A stretch of DNA of 64,000 bases, from the NCBI GenBank assembly GCA_016235455.1, contig JACRKZ010000069.1, positions 1 through 64,000 of the forward strand. Reading direction: 5' to 3'. This document shows positions 39,493 through 49,800 of this stretch, piece after piece. Position numbers and translations under genes: made by a program. Every line of letters starts with the position of its first letter. The first letter of the stretch is position 1. The stretch is from Armatimonadota bacterium (GTDB lineage Bacteria > Armatimonadota > UBA10988). The notes below the pieces were generated by a model, which was not told where the DNA came from, searched no databases, and saw only the letters and a program-made list of their open reading frames with translations.

Positions 39493-40380
39493 TCAGGCGT
39501 CCTGGTACATCTGATAGGCATCCGCCGGCGGCATCAGTTGATGCACCACCGCCGAGACGGCCTTGGCCATGGCCACCGGCTTGTCGGCCTGGAAGATGTT
39601 GCGGCCCATGTCGACGCCCGCGGCGCCCTGCTGGACGGCGTTGTAGCACATCTTCAGCGTGTCGAGCTCGGGCAGCTTCTTGCCGCCGGCGATGACGATA
39701 GGCACGGGGCAGGCTGCGGTGACCTGCTCGAAGTCGGACTCACAGTAGTACGTCTTGACATAGTGAGCGCCGAGTTCGGCGATGATGCGGCAGGCCAGGC
39801 CCAGGTAGCGCGCGTCACGTACCATCTCGCGTCCGACGGCGGTCACGCCGAGGGTCGGGATGCCGTAGCGGTTGCCCGCATCGATGGTCTTGGTCAGGTT
39901 CTCCAGCGTGTCGTGCTCATGCTCGCCGCCGACATAGACCTGCACCGCCATGGCCGCGGCGTCGAGGCGCACGGCGTCCTCGATGTCCACGCCGACATGC
40001 TCGTAGCTCAGATCCTTGAGGATCGTCGCGCCGGCCGAGCAGCGCAGGGCGATCGGCTTGGTGACGGTGGGCGGAATGCAGCTGCGCAGCACGCCGCGCG
40101 TGCACATGAGCACGTCGACATGCTCGCACAGGGGCACGATGTTCAGGTCGATGCGCTCGAGACCGGTGGTCGGTCCCATGATGTAGCCATGGTCGAAGGC
40201 CAACATCACAGTGCGCCCGCTCTTGGGGTTGAAGATGCGCGACAGGCGGTTCTTCATGCCCCAGTCGAGGTTGCCCGAGCCGCGCAGGAAGAAGCCTGGG
40301 GTCTCGAACGGGATATGGGGGCTGAACGCCTTGCTCTCGCCCGTGTCACCACCCGGGGTGGTCGTTTGTTCGTCTGGCAT
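39493..40380 (-). CDS. lsrF: 3-hydroxy-5-phosphonooxypentane-2,4-dione thiolase LsrF (class I aldolase fold)
   Basis: [29 protein letters not shown]; [12 protein letters not shown]; PIVIAGGKK; [10 protein letters not shown]. Confidence 0.92.
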   Translation of the reverse strand: MPDEQTTTPGGDTGESKAFSPHIPFETPGFFLRGSGNLDWGMKNRLSRIFNPKSGRTVMLAFDHGYIMGPTTGLERIDLNIVPLCEHVDVLMCTRGVLRSCIPPTVTKPIALRCSAGATILKDLSYEHVGVDIEDAVRLDAAAMAVQVYVGGEHEHDTLENLTKTIDAGNRYGIPTLGVTAVGREMVRDARYLGLACRIIAELGAHYVKTYYCESDFEQVTAACPVPIVIAGGKKLPELDTLKMCYNAVQQGAAGVDMGRNIFQADKPVAMAKAVSAVVHQLMPPADAYQMYQDA

Positions 40381-40445
40381 ATGTCTCTCCATAGGGTGTG
40401 GGGGCGACCCGGGTGGGCCGCCCCTGGCACGTCGTGCAGACCGGC

Positions 40446-41081
40446 TCAGGCCGCGGCTTCCGCGAAGGCGCGGAAGAGCAGGCTCATCGACGTGGCGCCG
40501 GCATCGGGCGAGCCCTTGCTGCGCTCGCCCAGATTGCGGGCCCGGCCGAACTTGGCCTGCATGTCGGTGGTGGCCACGGCGCCGGCCTCGGCGGCCGCGG
40601 CCGCGTTGTCCAACGCCTCGGCCACGCCCAGACCGCCGTCCGCGGCGCTGCGCAGCGCCTGCACCGCGGGGACCAGCGCGTCCATCATGGTCTTGTCGCC
40701 GGGCTGGGCCTTGGTCTGGCGCTGCACGGCGGCCAGACCAGCCTCGAACGCCGCGGCGAAGGCAGCGGCATCCAGGGCGCTCTGACCGGCCGCGGATTCG
40801 GCCAGGCCGTTGAACAGCGTGCCCAGCAGCGGCCCGGTGGACCCGCCGTCGACGCCCAGCAGCGCCCAGCCGACATCGGTCAGCAGGGCCGGCAGGTCGC
40901 CTTCGGCTGAGGCGCCGATGGCCGTCTCGATGCAGCCCATGGCGCGCTTCATGGTCGTGCCATGATCGCCGTCACCGGCATAGGCATCGAGCTGGCCGAG
41001 CCACTCGTGCTTGTCGATCACCTTGGTCTCGGCGGCGCGCAGCAGCGCCACCATGGCCGCGTAGTCAATGCTCTGGATCAT
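40446..41081 (-). CDS. dhaL: Dihydroxyacetone kinase L subunit (DAK2)
   Basis: [11 protein letters not shown]; GGSTGPLLG; GDKTMMDAL; [19 protein letters not shown]. Confidence 0.9.
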   Translation of the reverse strand: MIQSIDYAAMVALLRAAETKVIDKHEWLGQLDAYAGDGDHGTTMKRAMGCIETAIGASAEGDLPALLTDVGWALLGVDGGSTGPLLGTLFNGLAESAAGQSALDAAAFAAAFEAGLAAVQRQTKAQPGDKTMMDALVPAVQALRSAADGGLGVAEALDNAAAAAEAGAVATTDMQAKFGRARNLGERSKGSPDAGATSMSLLFRAFAEAAA

Positions 41082-41091
41082 CGAGCCTGCC

Positions 41092-42093
41092 TCACTTGCC
41101 GCTCACGGTCAGGTACGGCGTGTCGGCGGGGGCGTCCCACAGCGCGATCAGTTCGTCGTCCATCTTGGCGGCGAACATCTGGAAGCCGGCCATCTCCTGC
41201 ACCGTGAGGTACTCGTCGCAGCCGCCGCGCACCACTTCGATGCCCTTCTCGGCGCACACCTGAGCCACCTTGCGGAAGACGATGAACATCTCCATGAGCG
41301 TGGTGGCGCCGGTGCCGTTGAGCAGAACCAGCAACTTGTCCCCGGCCTTGGCCTCGATGTCGGCCAGCAGCATGTTGATCATGATCTCCGCGGTCTCGTC
41401 CGCGCTCTTGAGCTTCATGCGGCCCGTGCCGGCCTCGCCGTGCTGGCCCATGCCGATTTCCATCTCGTCTTCGGGCAGTTCGAAGATGAACTCACCGGTC
41501 GAGGGATGGCTGGCGGGCGTCAAGGCCACGGCCAGCGTGGCCATGTTGTCGTTGAACTTCTCGGCCACGGCCAGCACTTCATCCAGCGAACGGCCCTCTT
41601 CGGCGGCCGCGCCGGCGATCTTGTACAGCGGCACGCAGCCGACCAGGCCGCGCCGGTTCTCGGGCTCGGACTTGGGGCCGCCGGCCACGTCTTCGTGGGT
41701 CAGGATCTGCTTGACGTTCAGGCCCTGCTTGGCGGCCATCTCCATGACGATGTTGGCGGTCATGACGTCGCCCGAGTGGTTGAGCACCACAAAGAGCACG
41801 CCCGCGCCGAGGTCGGCCCGCTTGATGGCGTCGAGCACGCGGGGCGGACCAGGCGCCGCGAAGATCTCGCCGGGCACGCTGATGTCGATCATGCCTTCGC
41901 CCACGAAGCCCGACAGCGCCGGCTCATGCCCGCTGCCGCCGTGGGTGACGATGGCCACTTTGCCCGCCGCCTTGGGCGTCGCGCGCACGACCAGATTGTT
42001 GCCTTCCAGCTTGATCTTCTTGGCGTACGCCGCGGCATAGCCCTCCAGAAGCTCGCTGACGAGATTGTCCGGATCGTTGATGAACTTCTTCAT
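41092..42093 (-). CDS. dhaK: Dihydroxyacetone kinase K subunit (DAK1)
   Basis: MKKFIND; GGSGHEP; GEIFAAP; NHSGDV; RRGLVG; EIGMGQHGEAG. Confidence 0.92.
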   Translation of the reverse strand: MKKFINDPDNLVSELLEGYAAAYAKKIKLEGNNLVVRATPKAAGKVAIVTHGGSGHEPALSGFVGEGMIDISVPGEIFAAPGPPRVLDAIKRADLGAGVLFVVLNHSGDVMTANIVMEMAAKQGLNVKQILTHEDVAGGPKSEPENRRGLVGCVPLYKIAGAAAEEGRSLDEVLAVAEKFNDNMATLAVALTPASHPSTGEFIFELPEDEMEIGMGQHGEAGTGRMKLKSADETAEIMINMLLADIEAKAGDKLLVLLNGTGATTLMEMFIVFRKVAQVCAEKGIEVVRGGCDEYLTVQEMAGFQMFAAKMDDELIALWDAPADTPYLTVSGK

Positions 42094-42173
42094 GCCACTC
42101 TCACTCCCATCGCCTCGGTCCCACGCTCGGCGGTGGCCCCCAGGGCCAACGGTCCGCGTCGCGTGCCCTTGGC

Positions 42174-42488
42174 TCAGCCCAGTTGGATGTACTCGAGGTT
42201 GACGCCGTCCTTGACCAGGAACGCGACGGTCACGCCGGGCATGACCTCCATCGGCGCGTTGAGGATCTTCTCCTCGCCGGCCAGGGCCGCCTGGATGTCC
42301 TCGACCTGATAGGCCACGTGCGGCCCACGCCGCAGCGACTCGTGGAGGACACTGTCGTGCTCGAAACGAACGTACTCGAAGCACAGCGGATGCGCCGAGG
42401 GGTCGGTCACGTGGACACCGGCGGCTTCGATGTACGTGGTTTCCGGCAGGCGCTCTTGGGTCGGCACGCCGACGTGAAGGAACTGCAT
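42174..42488 (-). CDS. Small VOC/glyoxalase-like protein
   Basis: FLHVGVP..EYVRF..PHVAYQVEDI..VAFL..LEYIQ (His/Glu paired metal-ligand pattern); RBS AGGAG. Confidence 0.65.
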   Translation of the reverse strand: MQFLHVGVPTQERLPETTYIEAAGVHVTDPSAHPLCFEYVRFEHDSVLHESLRRGPHVAYQVEDIQAALAGEEKILNAPMEVMPGVTVAFLVKDGVNLEYIQLG

Positions 42489-42557
42489 CGTGAACACTCC
42501 TGACCAGGTGATTGCCCATCGTGCGCGAGAGGGCGGACACGGGCCATTCACCGCGCG

Positions 42558-42586
42558 AGTCTGCCCGATCAATATCCCTGCGTCAA
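42558..42586 (-). promoter_or_regulatory. Candidate sigma70 promoter of the VOC-dhaKL-lsrF operon
   Basis: TTGACG-N17-CAGACT on the minus strand. Confidence 0.5.
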
Positions 42587-42650
42587 GGGCTTCCACCGCT
42601 GATCGCGCTATGCTACCATACTCTCGGCGCGGGGATGTGGTATCGATATC

Positions 42651-42680
42651 GGGAACCTCGCCCCGAGATGGTTCGTCCCC
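42651..42680 (+). promoter_or_regulatory. Candidate ECF promoter GGGAAC-N17-CGTCCCC
   Basis: Same two boxes as at 24736-24764, about 30 nt before ATG 42709. Confidence 0.55.
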
Positions 42681-42708
42681 AAGCACGTTTCGCAGGAATC
42701 AAGAAACC

Positions 42709-44571
42709 ATGCGCAAGTCTATCTCCATGATGCTCGTCGGCGCGCTTGCGGGCGCTGTCGTTCTCTGGTCCGGTGGTCGGGTGGAGGCCCAGCAGGGCAA
42801 CGCTCACGCGCCGGTCGCCATCGCCGCCGACACCGCGGGCACCCGGCTCTGGGTGGCGGAATCGGATGGGCGGCGCCTGGTGGCGCTCGACGCCGGGGGC
42901 AAGCAGTTGGCCCAGGTCGCGTTGCCGGGACCGGCGACGGGTCTGGCCCTCAACCGCGATGCCTCGACGGCCTTTGTGACCATGGGCGACAGCTCGGTGG
43001 CGGCGTTCGATGCCGCGACGCTCAAGGCGCGCGGCACCTGGCAGTCCGGCTACGGCGTGTCCGGCCCGGTGGTCAGCCCCGACGGCGCCACGGTCTATGT
43101 GTGCCTGCGCTGGACCGCCGAAGTGGCGGCCATCGACGCCAAGACCGGCAAGGAGCGCGCGCGCATCAAGGTGCTGCGCCAGCCGACCGTCGCGGCCATC
43201 ACGCCCGACGGCGCCAAGCTCTACGTGGCCAACCTGCTGTCGGTCGACCCGTCGACCGCGCCGACCGTGGCCGCCGAAGTGAGCATCGTCGACACCAAGA
43301 CCAACAAGGTCAGCGGCCAGGTGCGGCTGCCTGACGGCAGCCACTCGCTGCGCGGCATCGCGCTGGCGCCCGATGGCAAGACGGTCTATGTGGCGCACCT
43401 GCTGTCGCGCTACCACCTGCCCACCACGCAGCTCGAGCGCGGCTGGATGAACACCAACGCGCTGTCGCTCATCGACACTGCCACGGACAAGCGCATCAAC
43501 ACCGTGCTGCTCGACGAAGTGGACCGCGGCTCCGCCAACCCGTGGGCCGTGGGTGTCTCCGCCGACGGCGCGACGCTGTGCGTCACCTCGGCCGGGACCC
43601 ACGAGGTCAGCCTGATCGACACCGCCGCGCTGCGCAAGAAGCTGGACGAGGCCGCCAAGGCCTTCGCCGCCAAGACGCAGACCACCGCGGTCGCCGTTGA
43701 CGGCTACACCGAGACCGACGGCGTGTCCGAGGACCTGACCTTCCTGCTGGGCATGCGCCGGCGGGTGGCTCTGCCCATCAACGGCCCGCGCAGCATCGCC
43801 GTGGCCGGTGGCAAGGCTTTCTCGGCGGGCTTCTACAGTGACAACATCGCCATGGTCGACCTGGCCAGCAGCAAGGTCGAGTCGGCCAAGCTGTTGCCCG
43901 AAGTGCCCATGAGCGAAGTGCGCCGCGGTGACATGTTCTTCGCCGACGCCTCGCTCTGCTTCCAGAACTGGCAGAGCTGCTCCAGCTGCCATCCCGACAC
44001 GCGCGCGGACGGCCTCAACTGGGACCTGCTGAACGATGGCATCGGCAACCCCAAGAACACCAAGAGCATGCTCTACACGTTCAAGACGCCGCCGGCCATG
44101 AGCCTGGGCGTGCGCGAATCGGTCGAGGCGGCGGTGCGCGCCGGTATCCGCGTCATCCAGTTCGCCGTGCGGCCCGAAGAGGACGCCAAGGCCATCGACG
44201 AGTACCTCAAGTCGTTCAAGCCGCAGGCCAGCCCCAAGCTGGTCAACGGTAAGCTGAGCGCCTCGGCGCAGCGCGGCAAGGCGCTGTTCGACAACAAGGA
44301 CGTCGGCTGCTCGAGCTGCCACGAGGGCCCGCTGTTCACTTCGCTCAAGCACTACGACGTGGGCCTGGGCATCGGCAGCGAGGCCGGCAAGCCGTTCGAC
44401 ACGCCGACTCTCATTGAGGCCTGGCGCACCGGTCCCTACCTGCATGATGGTCGCGCGGCCACGCTGCTCGACGTGATCACCAAGTGCAATCCCAACGACA
44501 AGCACGGCAAGACGTCGCAACTGAACAAGCAGCAGTTGGCGGACCTGGCCGAGTACGTCGGTTCGCTCTGA
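42709..44571 (+). CDS. Secreted YVTN/YncE beta-propeller fused to di-heme cytochrome c peroxidase-like domain
   Basis: Signal peptide; repeated (S/T/A)PDGxxxYV blades; two CSSCH; FDTPTLIEAWRTGPYLHDGRA. Confidence 0.87.
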   Translation: MRKSISMMLVGALAGAVVLWSGGRVEAQQGNAHAPVAIAADTAGTRLWVAESDGRRLVALDAGGKQLAQVALPGPATGLALNRDASTAFVTMGDSSVAAFDAATLKARGTWQSGYGVSGPVVSPDGATVYVCLRWTAEVAAIDAKTGKERARIKVLRQPTVAAITPDGAKLYVANLLSVDPSTAPTVAAEVSIVDTKTNKVSGQVRLPDGSHSLRGIALAPDGKTVYVAHLLSRYHLPTTQLERGWMNTNALSLIDTATDKRINTVLLDEVDRGSANPWAVGVSADGATLCVTSAGTHEVSLIDTAALRKKLDEAAKAFAAKTQTTAVAVDGYTETDGVSEDLTFLLGMRRRVALPINGPRSIAVAGGKAFSAGFYSDNIAMVDLASSKVESAKLLPEVPMSEVRRGDMFFADASLCFQNWQSCSSCHPDTRADGLNWDLLNDGIGNPKNTKSMLYTFKTPPAMSLGVRESVEAAVRAGIRVIQFAVRPEEDAKAIDEYLKSFKPQASPKLVNGKLSASAQRGKALFDNKDVGCSSCHEGPLFTSLKHYDVGLGIGSEAGKPFDTPTLIEAWRTGPYLHDGRAATLLDVITKCNPNDKHGKTSQLNKQQLADLAEYVGSL

Positions 44572-44650
44572 ATCTCGACGGGAACCACCCGATAGATGTA
44601 TTGGGCGAGTAGCCCACGCGAGCACGGCGGCGGACCGCCGGGAGTGGACC

Positions 44651-45721
44651 ATGCGTTGTGTCGGTGAGTTGACCGAATACGATATCACCCTGGCTGCGCA
44701 GCCAGGGGAGACCCTGGAGCAGATGGTTGGCCGGCTGGCCGAGCAGCTGCACTCGGCCGATGCCGAGATGCTGCGGCTCGTGGCGCTGGCGCCGGTCGGT
44801 ATGAAGGACCGGCTCGACGGTGCGTTGGCCGATGCCTTCGGCGAGGTGGACTGGCCGGTGACGCAGCTCTGCGGCGTGGGCACCGTGCCCGAGGGTCAGG
44901 TGCTGGGCCTGCAGGCCCATGCGCTGGCCGGCGCCGTCATCGACCGAGTCGAGTACGAAGGTCGCCCGATCGGCAGCATGTACAGCGATGGCTACGCGCA
45001 GTACGTGCTGTTGGGCAACCTGTTCGATCCCGACCTGAGCAAGAGCCGCTACGACCAGTGCCGGGGCACCTTCGAGTTCATGGAGCAGGTGCTCGACCCG
45101 CTGGGCATGGACTTCCACAACATCGTGCGCACCTGGCTCTTCGCCGATCGCATCCTGGAGTGGTATGGCGACCTGAACAAGGCCCGCAGCAGCTTCTTCA
45201 CCGACCGTGGCGTGTTTGGCCGGCGCGTGCCGGCCAGCACCGGTGTCGGTATCGGCAACCCGTTTGGCGCCGCCATGGTGACCGACGTGTTGGCCATGCT
45301 GCCGGCCGAGACCGACGGCTGCGTCGCCGAGCCGACTCCGTCGCCGCTGCAGTGCGCGGCGCTCGACTACGGCAGTGCCTTCAGCCGCGCCATGGAGCTG
45401 CGCGTGCCCGGCAGTCGCCGACTGCTCATCAGCGGCACCGCCAGCATCGAGCCAGGCGGCGCCACGGTGCATGACACCATCGACGAGCAGATCGACTGGA
45501 CCATGCAGGTGGTCGAGGCCCTGCTGCGCTCGCGCGGCATGGACCACGGCGACGTCTGTCGAGCCATCGTTTACTACGCCAACCCCGACTGGTTCGGCAA
45601 GTTGGAGGAGTGGCAGACGGCGCACGACGTCGACCTGTACCCGGCGACCAACGCCCAGGCCGATATCTGCCGCGACGACCTGCTGTTCGAGATCGAACTC
45701 GACGCCGAAATCGCCGAGTAG
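44651..45721 (+). CDS. Tandem-domain RidA/YjgF superfamily protein (FkbO/Hyg5-like architecture)
   Basis: IVRTWLF..ILEWY..LNKAR; PASTGVG; FSRAM; ISGTASI; ADICRDDLLFEIE. Confidence 0.8.
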   Translation: MRCVGELTEYDITLAAQPGETLEQMVGRLAEQLHSADAEMLRLVALAPVGMKDRLDGALADAFGEVDWPVTQLCGVGTVPEGQVLGLQAHALAGAVIDRVEYEGRPIGSMYSDGYAQYVLLGNLFDPDLSKSRYDQCRGTFEFMEQVLDPLGMDFHNIVRTWLFADRILEWYGDLNKARSSFFTDRGVFGRRVPASTGVGIGNPFGAAMVTDVLAMLPAETDGCVAEPTPSPLQCAALDYGSAFSRAMELRVPGSRRLLISGTASIEPGGATVHDTIDEQIDWTMQVVEALLRSRGMDHGDVCRAIVYYANPDWFGKLEEWQTAHDVDLYPATNAQADICRDDLLFEIELDAEIAE

Positions 45722-45849
45722 GGGCCGCCGCCCGGATCCCCATGGAGCACAGCCGCCCTCGGCGGTGCGTTGGTCGAGAGGCCGCGCACAGCCGAGGGCG
45801 GTTCTGTCTTCAGGTGGCAAGGTGCCGGGTCTGATCCGCTCACCGGCCA

Positions 45850-46824
45850 CTACGCCAGCGAAACCACCCGGCCTTCGCGCGCTGACTCATAGGCGGCCTT
45901 GACATAGGCCAGATTGTCCCGCGCCGCCGGGGCGCTGGACAGCGGCTGGGCGCCGGTCGCCACGCAGCTGACGAAATCCTCGATCGGTCCGGCCATCCAC
46001 GCGCCGGGCGGCAGCTCGATGGTCTGCTCGCCATCGCGGTCGCTGCGCAGCTCAAGCCGGCCACGATGCGCCGTGAGACTGCCCGCCGTGCCCAGCACGC
46101 GCAGCGGCATGCCCGGCGTGTGGCGGCTGGAGGCTGAGATGGTCAGCACCGAGAGCACGCCGTCGCGATGGCGCGCGGTCACCGCCGCCACGTCCTCACC
46201 GGCGTAGCAGTCGCGCACGCGCCGGGTCAGACAGCTCATTTGCTCCGGCAGGCCGGCGTAGTGCAGCAGGTAGTCCACGTAGTGGATACCACCGTCGACC
46301 AGGGCGCCGCCGCCCATGAGGTGCTCGTCGAACCGCCAGTCGGTGGTCAGGTACTCGTTGCCCTGCCACCAGGCCATGGTGACCTGCACAGCCAGCACAT
46401 CGCCTATGCAGCCGGTGTCGACCAACTCGCGAGCGCGCGGCACCAACGGGTCATAGCGGCACGACTCGGCGATGAGCAGCGTGCGGCCCGACCGCTCGGC
46501 CGCCGCGATCATGGCGTCGGCGTCCTCCAGCGTGTGCGCGATGGGCTTCTGGCACATGACATGCTTGCCGGCGGCCAGCGCGGCCTCGGTGAACGGCCGG
46601 TGCAGGTGGTGCGGCAGGCAGAGGTCCACGGCATCGATGGCGGGGTCGGCCAGCATGGCCTCGAAGGCCAGCACCGACGCACCCGACTTCGTCGCGGCGG
46701 CCTGCGCCTTGTCCGCATCCACGTCCGCCACGGCGACCACGCGCGCGTGCTCGCCCACTTGCGCCCAAGTGTCGAGATGCGCGCCACTGATGATGCCGCA
46801 CCCGACCAGCCCGACTCGTATCAC
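45850..46824 (-). CDS. Cytoplasmic Gfo/Idh/MocA oxidoreductase
   Basis: IRVGLVGCG; LPHHLH; HVMCQKP; GGALVDGGIH. Confidence 0.9.
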   Translation of the reverse strand: MIRVGLVGCGIISGAHLDTWAQVGEHARVVAVADVDADKAQAAATKSGASVLAFEAMLADPAIDAVDLCLPHHLHRPFTEAALAAGKHVMCQKPIAHTLEDADAMIAAAERSGRTLLIAESCRYDPLVPRARELVDTGCIGDVLAVQVTMAWWQGNEYLTTDWRFDEHLMGGGALVDGGIHYVDYLLHYAGLPEQMSCLTRRVRDCYAGEDVAAVTARHRDGVLSVLTISASSRHTPGMPLRVLGTAGSLTAHRGRLELRSDRDGEQTIELPPGAWMAGPIEDFVSCVATGAQPLSSAPAARDNLAYVKAAYESAREGRVVSLA

Positions 46825-46897
46825 ACGTCTCTCCCAGCACGCACACCAAGCCTGCGGGGACGCGCCACGATGGCCGTCCCCGCGGGCTTCGCCGTAC

Positions 46898-49800
46898 CTA
46901 CTTGACCTCGGCCACGACGCCCGAGCGCAGCACCACCGGCCCCAGCATACCCGACGGCAGCAGCTCGGAGTCCTTGGTGTAGTGGCGCCAGGTGGTCCAG
47001 GTGTAGCGACCGTCGTTGGGCTTGGGCTTGCCGTCGAGTATCCACTGCGGCCAGGCCAGCAGGCGGCCGTCACCGCCCCACTGCCGGCCGTCGTCGATCT
47101 GCTCGTCACCAATGAGGCGGTTGGGCCACAGGTTGGTCACGCGCACGCGGATGTCGTTGCTGCCGGCCTTGGCCACGCCCGTCAGGTCATAGCGGAACGG
47201 CGGCTTCCAGAGCACGCCCTGGCTCTTGCCGTTGACGAACAGCTCGGCGAAGTTGACCACCCGGCCCAGGTCGAGCACCAGCCTTCGGTTGGCGCCCACC
47301 CAGTCGGCGGGCACATCGAGGTTGCGCTGATACTCGGCGGTGCCCGAGAAGTAGCGCACGCCGGCCTCGGTGTGCTCGGTCCAGGAGATCAGCTTGTCCA
47401 GCGTGACGCTCGCCGGCGCACCCCAGTTGGGTGGGAACGACAGCTTCCACGGCCCGGGCACGGCCGCCTGGCGCGGGCCGGTGGCGATGTCGAGCTTGGC
47501 CGTCTTGCCACCGCTGAGCCCGAACTCGAACGCGCCGGGCGCCCACGCGGTCAGCCTCGGCCGCCCGTTGGCGCCGATGGCCAGGTCATAGGGCTCGGGC
47601 AGCAGCGTCGCGCCGCCGCTGCTGGCCGGCAGCGTCAGCACCGCGTTCTCCGCCACGCGCGCCGAGCGGCGCACGCCGTTGAGGCGGTACTCGACGCGCG
47701 TCTCCTTGACGGTCATGTTGGCCGGGTCACCGGCCAGGTCGTTGCCGCATTGCAGCTGCAGGCGGCCGTTCTTCACCGCGTCGTTGAGGATCTTGGTGAC
47801 GTCGACGAACTGGGCCTGCGGCTCCTCGCCTTCCACCAGGCCATAAACCGCCTTCTCGACAGTGGCGCCGGCGGGCACTTCCAGGTTGCTGTTCTCCTCG
47901 ACAACCACGGTCTTCTGCTGGCCGTTGAGGGTGTAGACGACCTTGAGCGACTTGACCACCTGGTTGGCGGGGTCGGAGCCGGCCATGGCGTTGGTGGCGG
48001 GGATGGCGCGCTGGCCGGCGGCCACCATGGCGCGCACCTTCTCGGTGACGTCGACGCGGTCGCCGGCTTCGGGGAACACGCCATAGCGCGCCGAGTCGAT
48101 GATCAGCTCGTCCGGCTTGGCGGCTTCGACGCCGGGCGCGGTCATGGCCTCGCCGGTACGCGCCACACTGGCCACGCCCACGGCGCCACCCAGCGGCTTA
48201 CGGAAGACCACGAACACCGAGCCGCGGCCTTCGAAGGGCAGCGTGACCCGCGTGCGGCCATCGACCCGCTGCCACAGCGGCGCGGGCTCGATGACGCCGG
48301 TGTCGGCGTGGAACAGTTCGGGCAGCAGGTTGCCGACGCGGAACGTGGCGCTGAGTTCGTGCGAGCGGTCGGACCAACTGGCCAGGAAGTAGATCTCCTG
48401 GTTGCCCGCACGGCGGTGCAGCCAGCGCATCGAGCCGGCCTCTGGCCCGGCGAACTCCAGGTCGGGGCTGAGCTTCATGTCGGTCAGCACCGCCGCCAGC
48501 GGCTTGCCCCACACCAGCGTGCCGCGGCCGACGGCGCGCTGGGTCTTGGTCTTGCCGTCCAGGTCGCCCCAGACCGCTGACGCCAGCTTCTGCACCTCGG
48601 CATCGCTGCCGGGCTTCAGGCTCGGGCTGCGGCTCGGCTTGGGGCCGACCACCGTGGCGCCGGCTTCCAACAGTGCCTGCACCTTGGCCAGCGACTCGGG
48701 CAGCATGGTGTCCGACTCCGGCAGCACCAGCACCCGGTAGCGGCTGCCATGCGGCAGCGTCAACTGGCCGTCGGCCACCTTCAGCCGGCCTAGGATGGTC
48801 GGGTCGGCGCAGTCGTAGTCGTAGCCGGCCGGCAGCGTGCCGCGGCCCACGGCGTTGTTGGGCGAGTTGTCGCCCACGAAGACCAGCGCATCGGCGGCAT
48901 AGACGCCCGACTGCAGCAGGAACTGGCCGCGCGCGAGGTACTTGGTCCAGGCCGGGGCCTGTTCCCACCAGGTGATGGGCCACTCGAAGTGCATGCCCCA
49001 GCGGCTCATGGTCATGCCCGGCTTCAGGTCGGTCCAGGGCTGATGGGCATAGCGGTGGAAGATGAAGCGGCTCACGCCGGCGCACCACATGCGGTCGCCG
49101 AGCGCCTTGATGGACCACGGGTCGTTGCGCCAGGCGCCGTTCTCGGGGCTGGCGGTGAACGATTCCGCGCCGACCACGCTGCGGCCATAGGTGTGGGCGA
49201 TGGAGCCGGCCAGTTTGCCGCCGAACTCATCGCCGCCACTGCCCGACCAGAATTCGGTCATGGGCAGCGTGGCATAGCCGCCGGCTGTCAGGCCGTCGAA
49301 GTTACCATTGCCATAGGGCTCAGCCGCGAGGCTCATGCCACGTTGCGCGGCCAGCTCGGCGAAGCGCCCGTAGTAGTTTTCGTCGAACAGCTCTCCCAGC
49401 GTCCGGCGCACGTCCCACAAGAAGCGCTCGCTGACGGCCAGGCTGTCCACCACGCGGCCGGTCATGGCCGGCAGGTAGAGCTTGGGGTCGTAGCCGCGGC
49501 GCTTGGTGAACTCGGCGGCGAACTTGGGGGTCCAGGTCTGGAAGCCGACCTCATAGCTGTCGATCAACGTCTGCGTGAGCGACTTGCCCACAAACGGCTC
49601 GCAAGCGTCGAGGATGGGCTTGACGCCCTTGTCCCAGAAGGAGGTCACGGCCTCGTAGCTGAGCTTGTCGACCTCCAGCCCGCGGCCCGGCTCGGGCGAG
49701 GGATGGTTGTCCTTGCCGGTGCAGGTGTGGCCCAGGCGCAAGATGGTCCAGTCGCCCGTGGGCGCGTCCCAGTCCAGCGTGCCATCGGCGGCGCACTTGT

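Noticed and set aside
39493-40380. Complete AI-2 quorum-sensing (lsr) system
   Set aside because: Only lsrF is present. No lsrK, lsrR, lsrG or lsrACDB is in the window.
44580-44610. Third GGGAAC box before the Rid gene
   Set aside because: No CGTC at 16-17 nt spacing.
44651-45721. Chorismatase of a PKS/NRPS cluster
   Set aside because: No biosynthetic genes nearby, so only a superfamily-level call is supportable.
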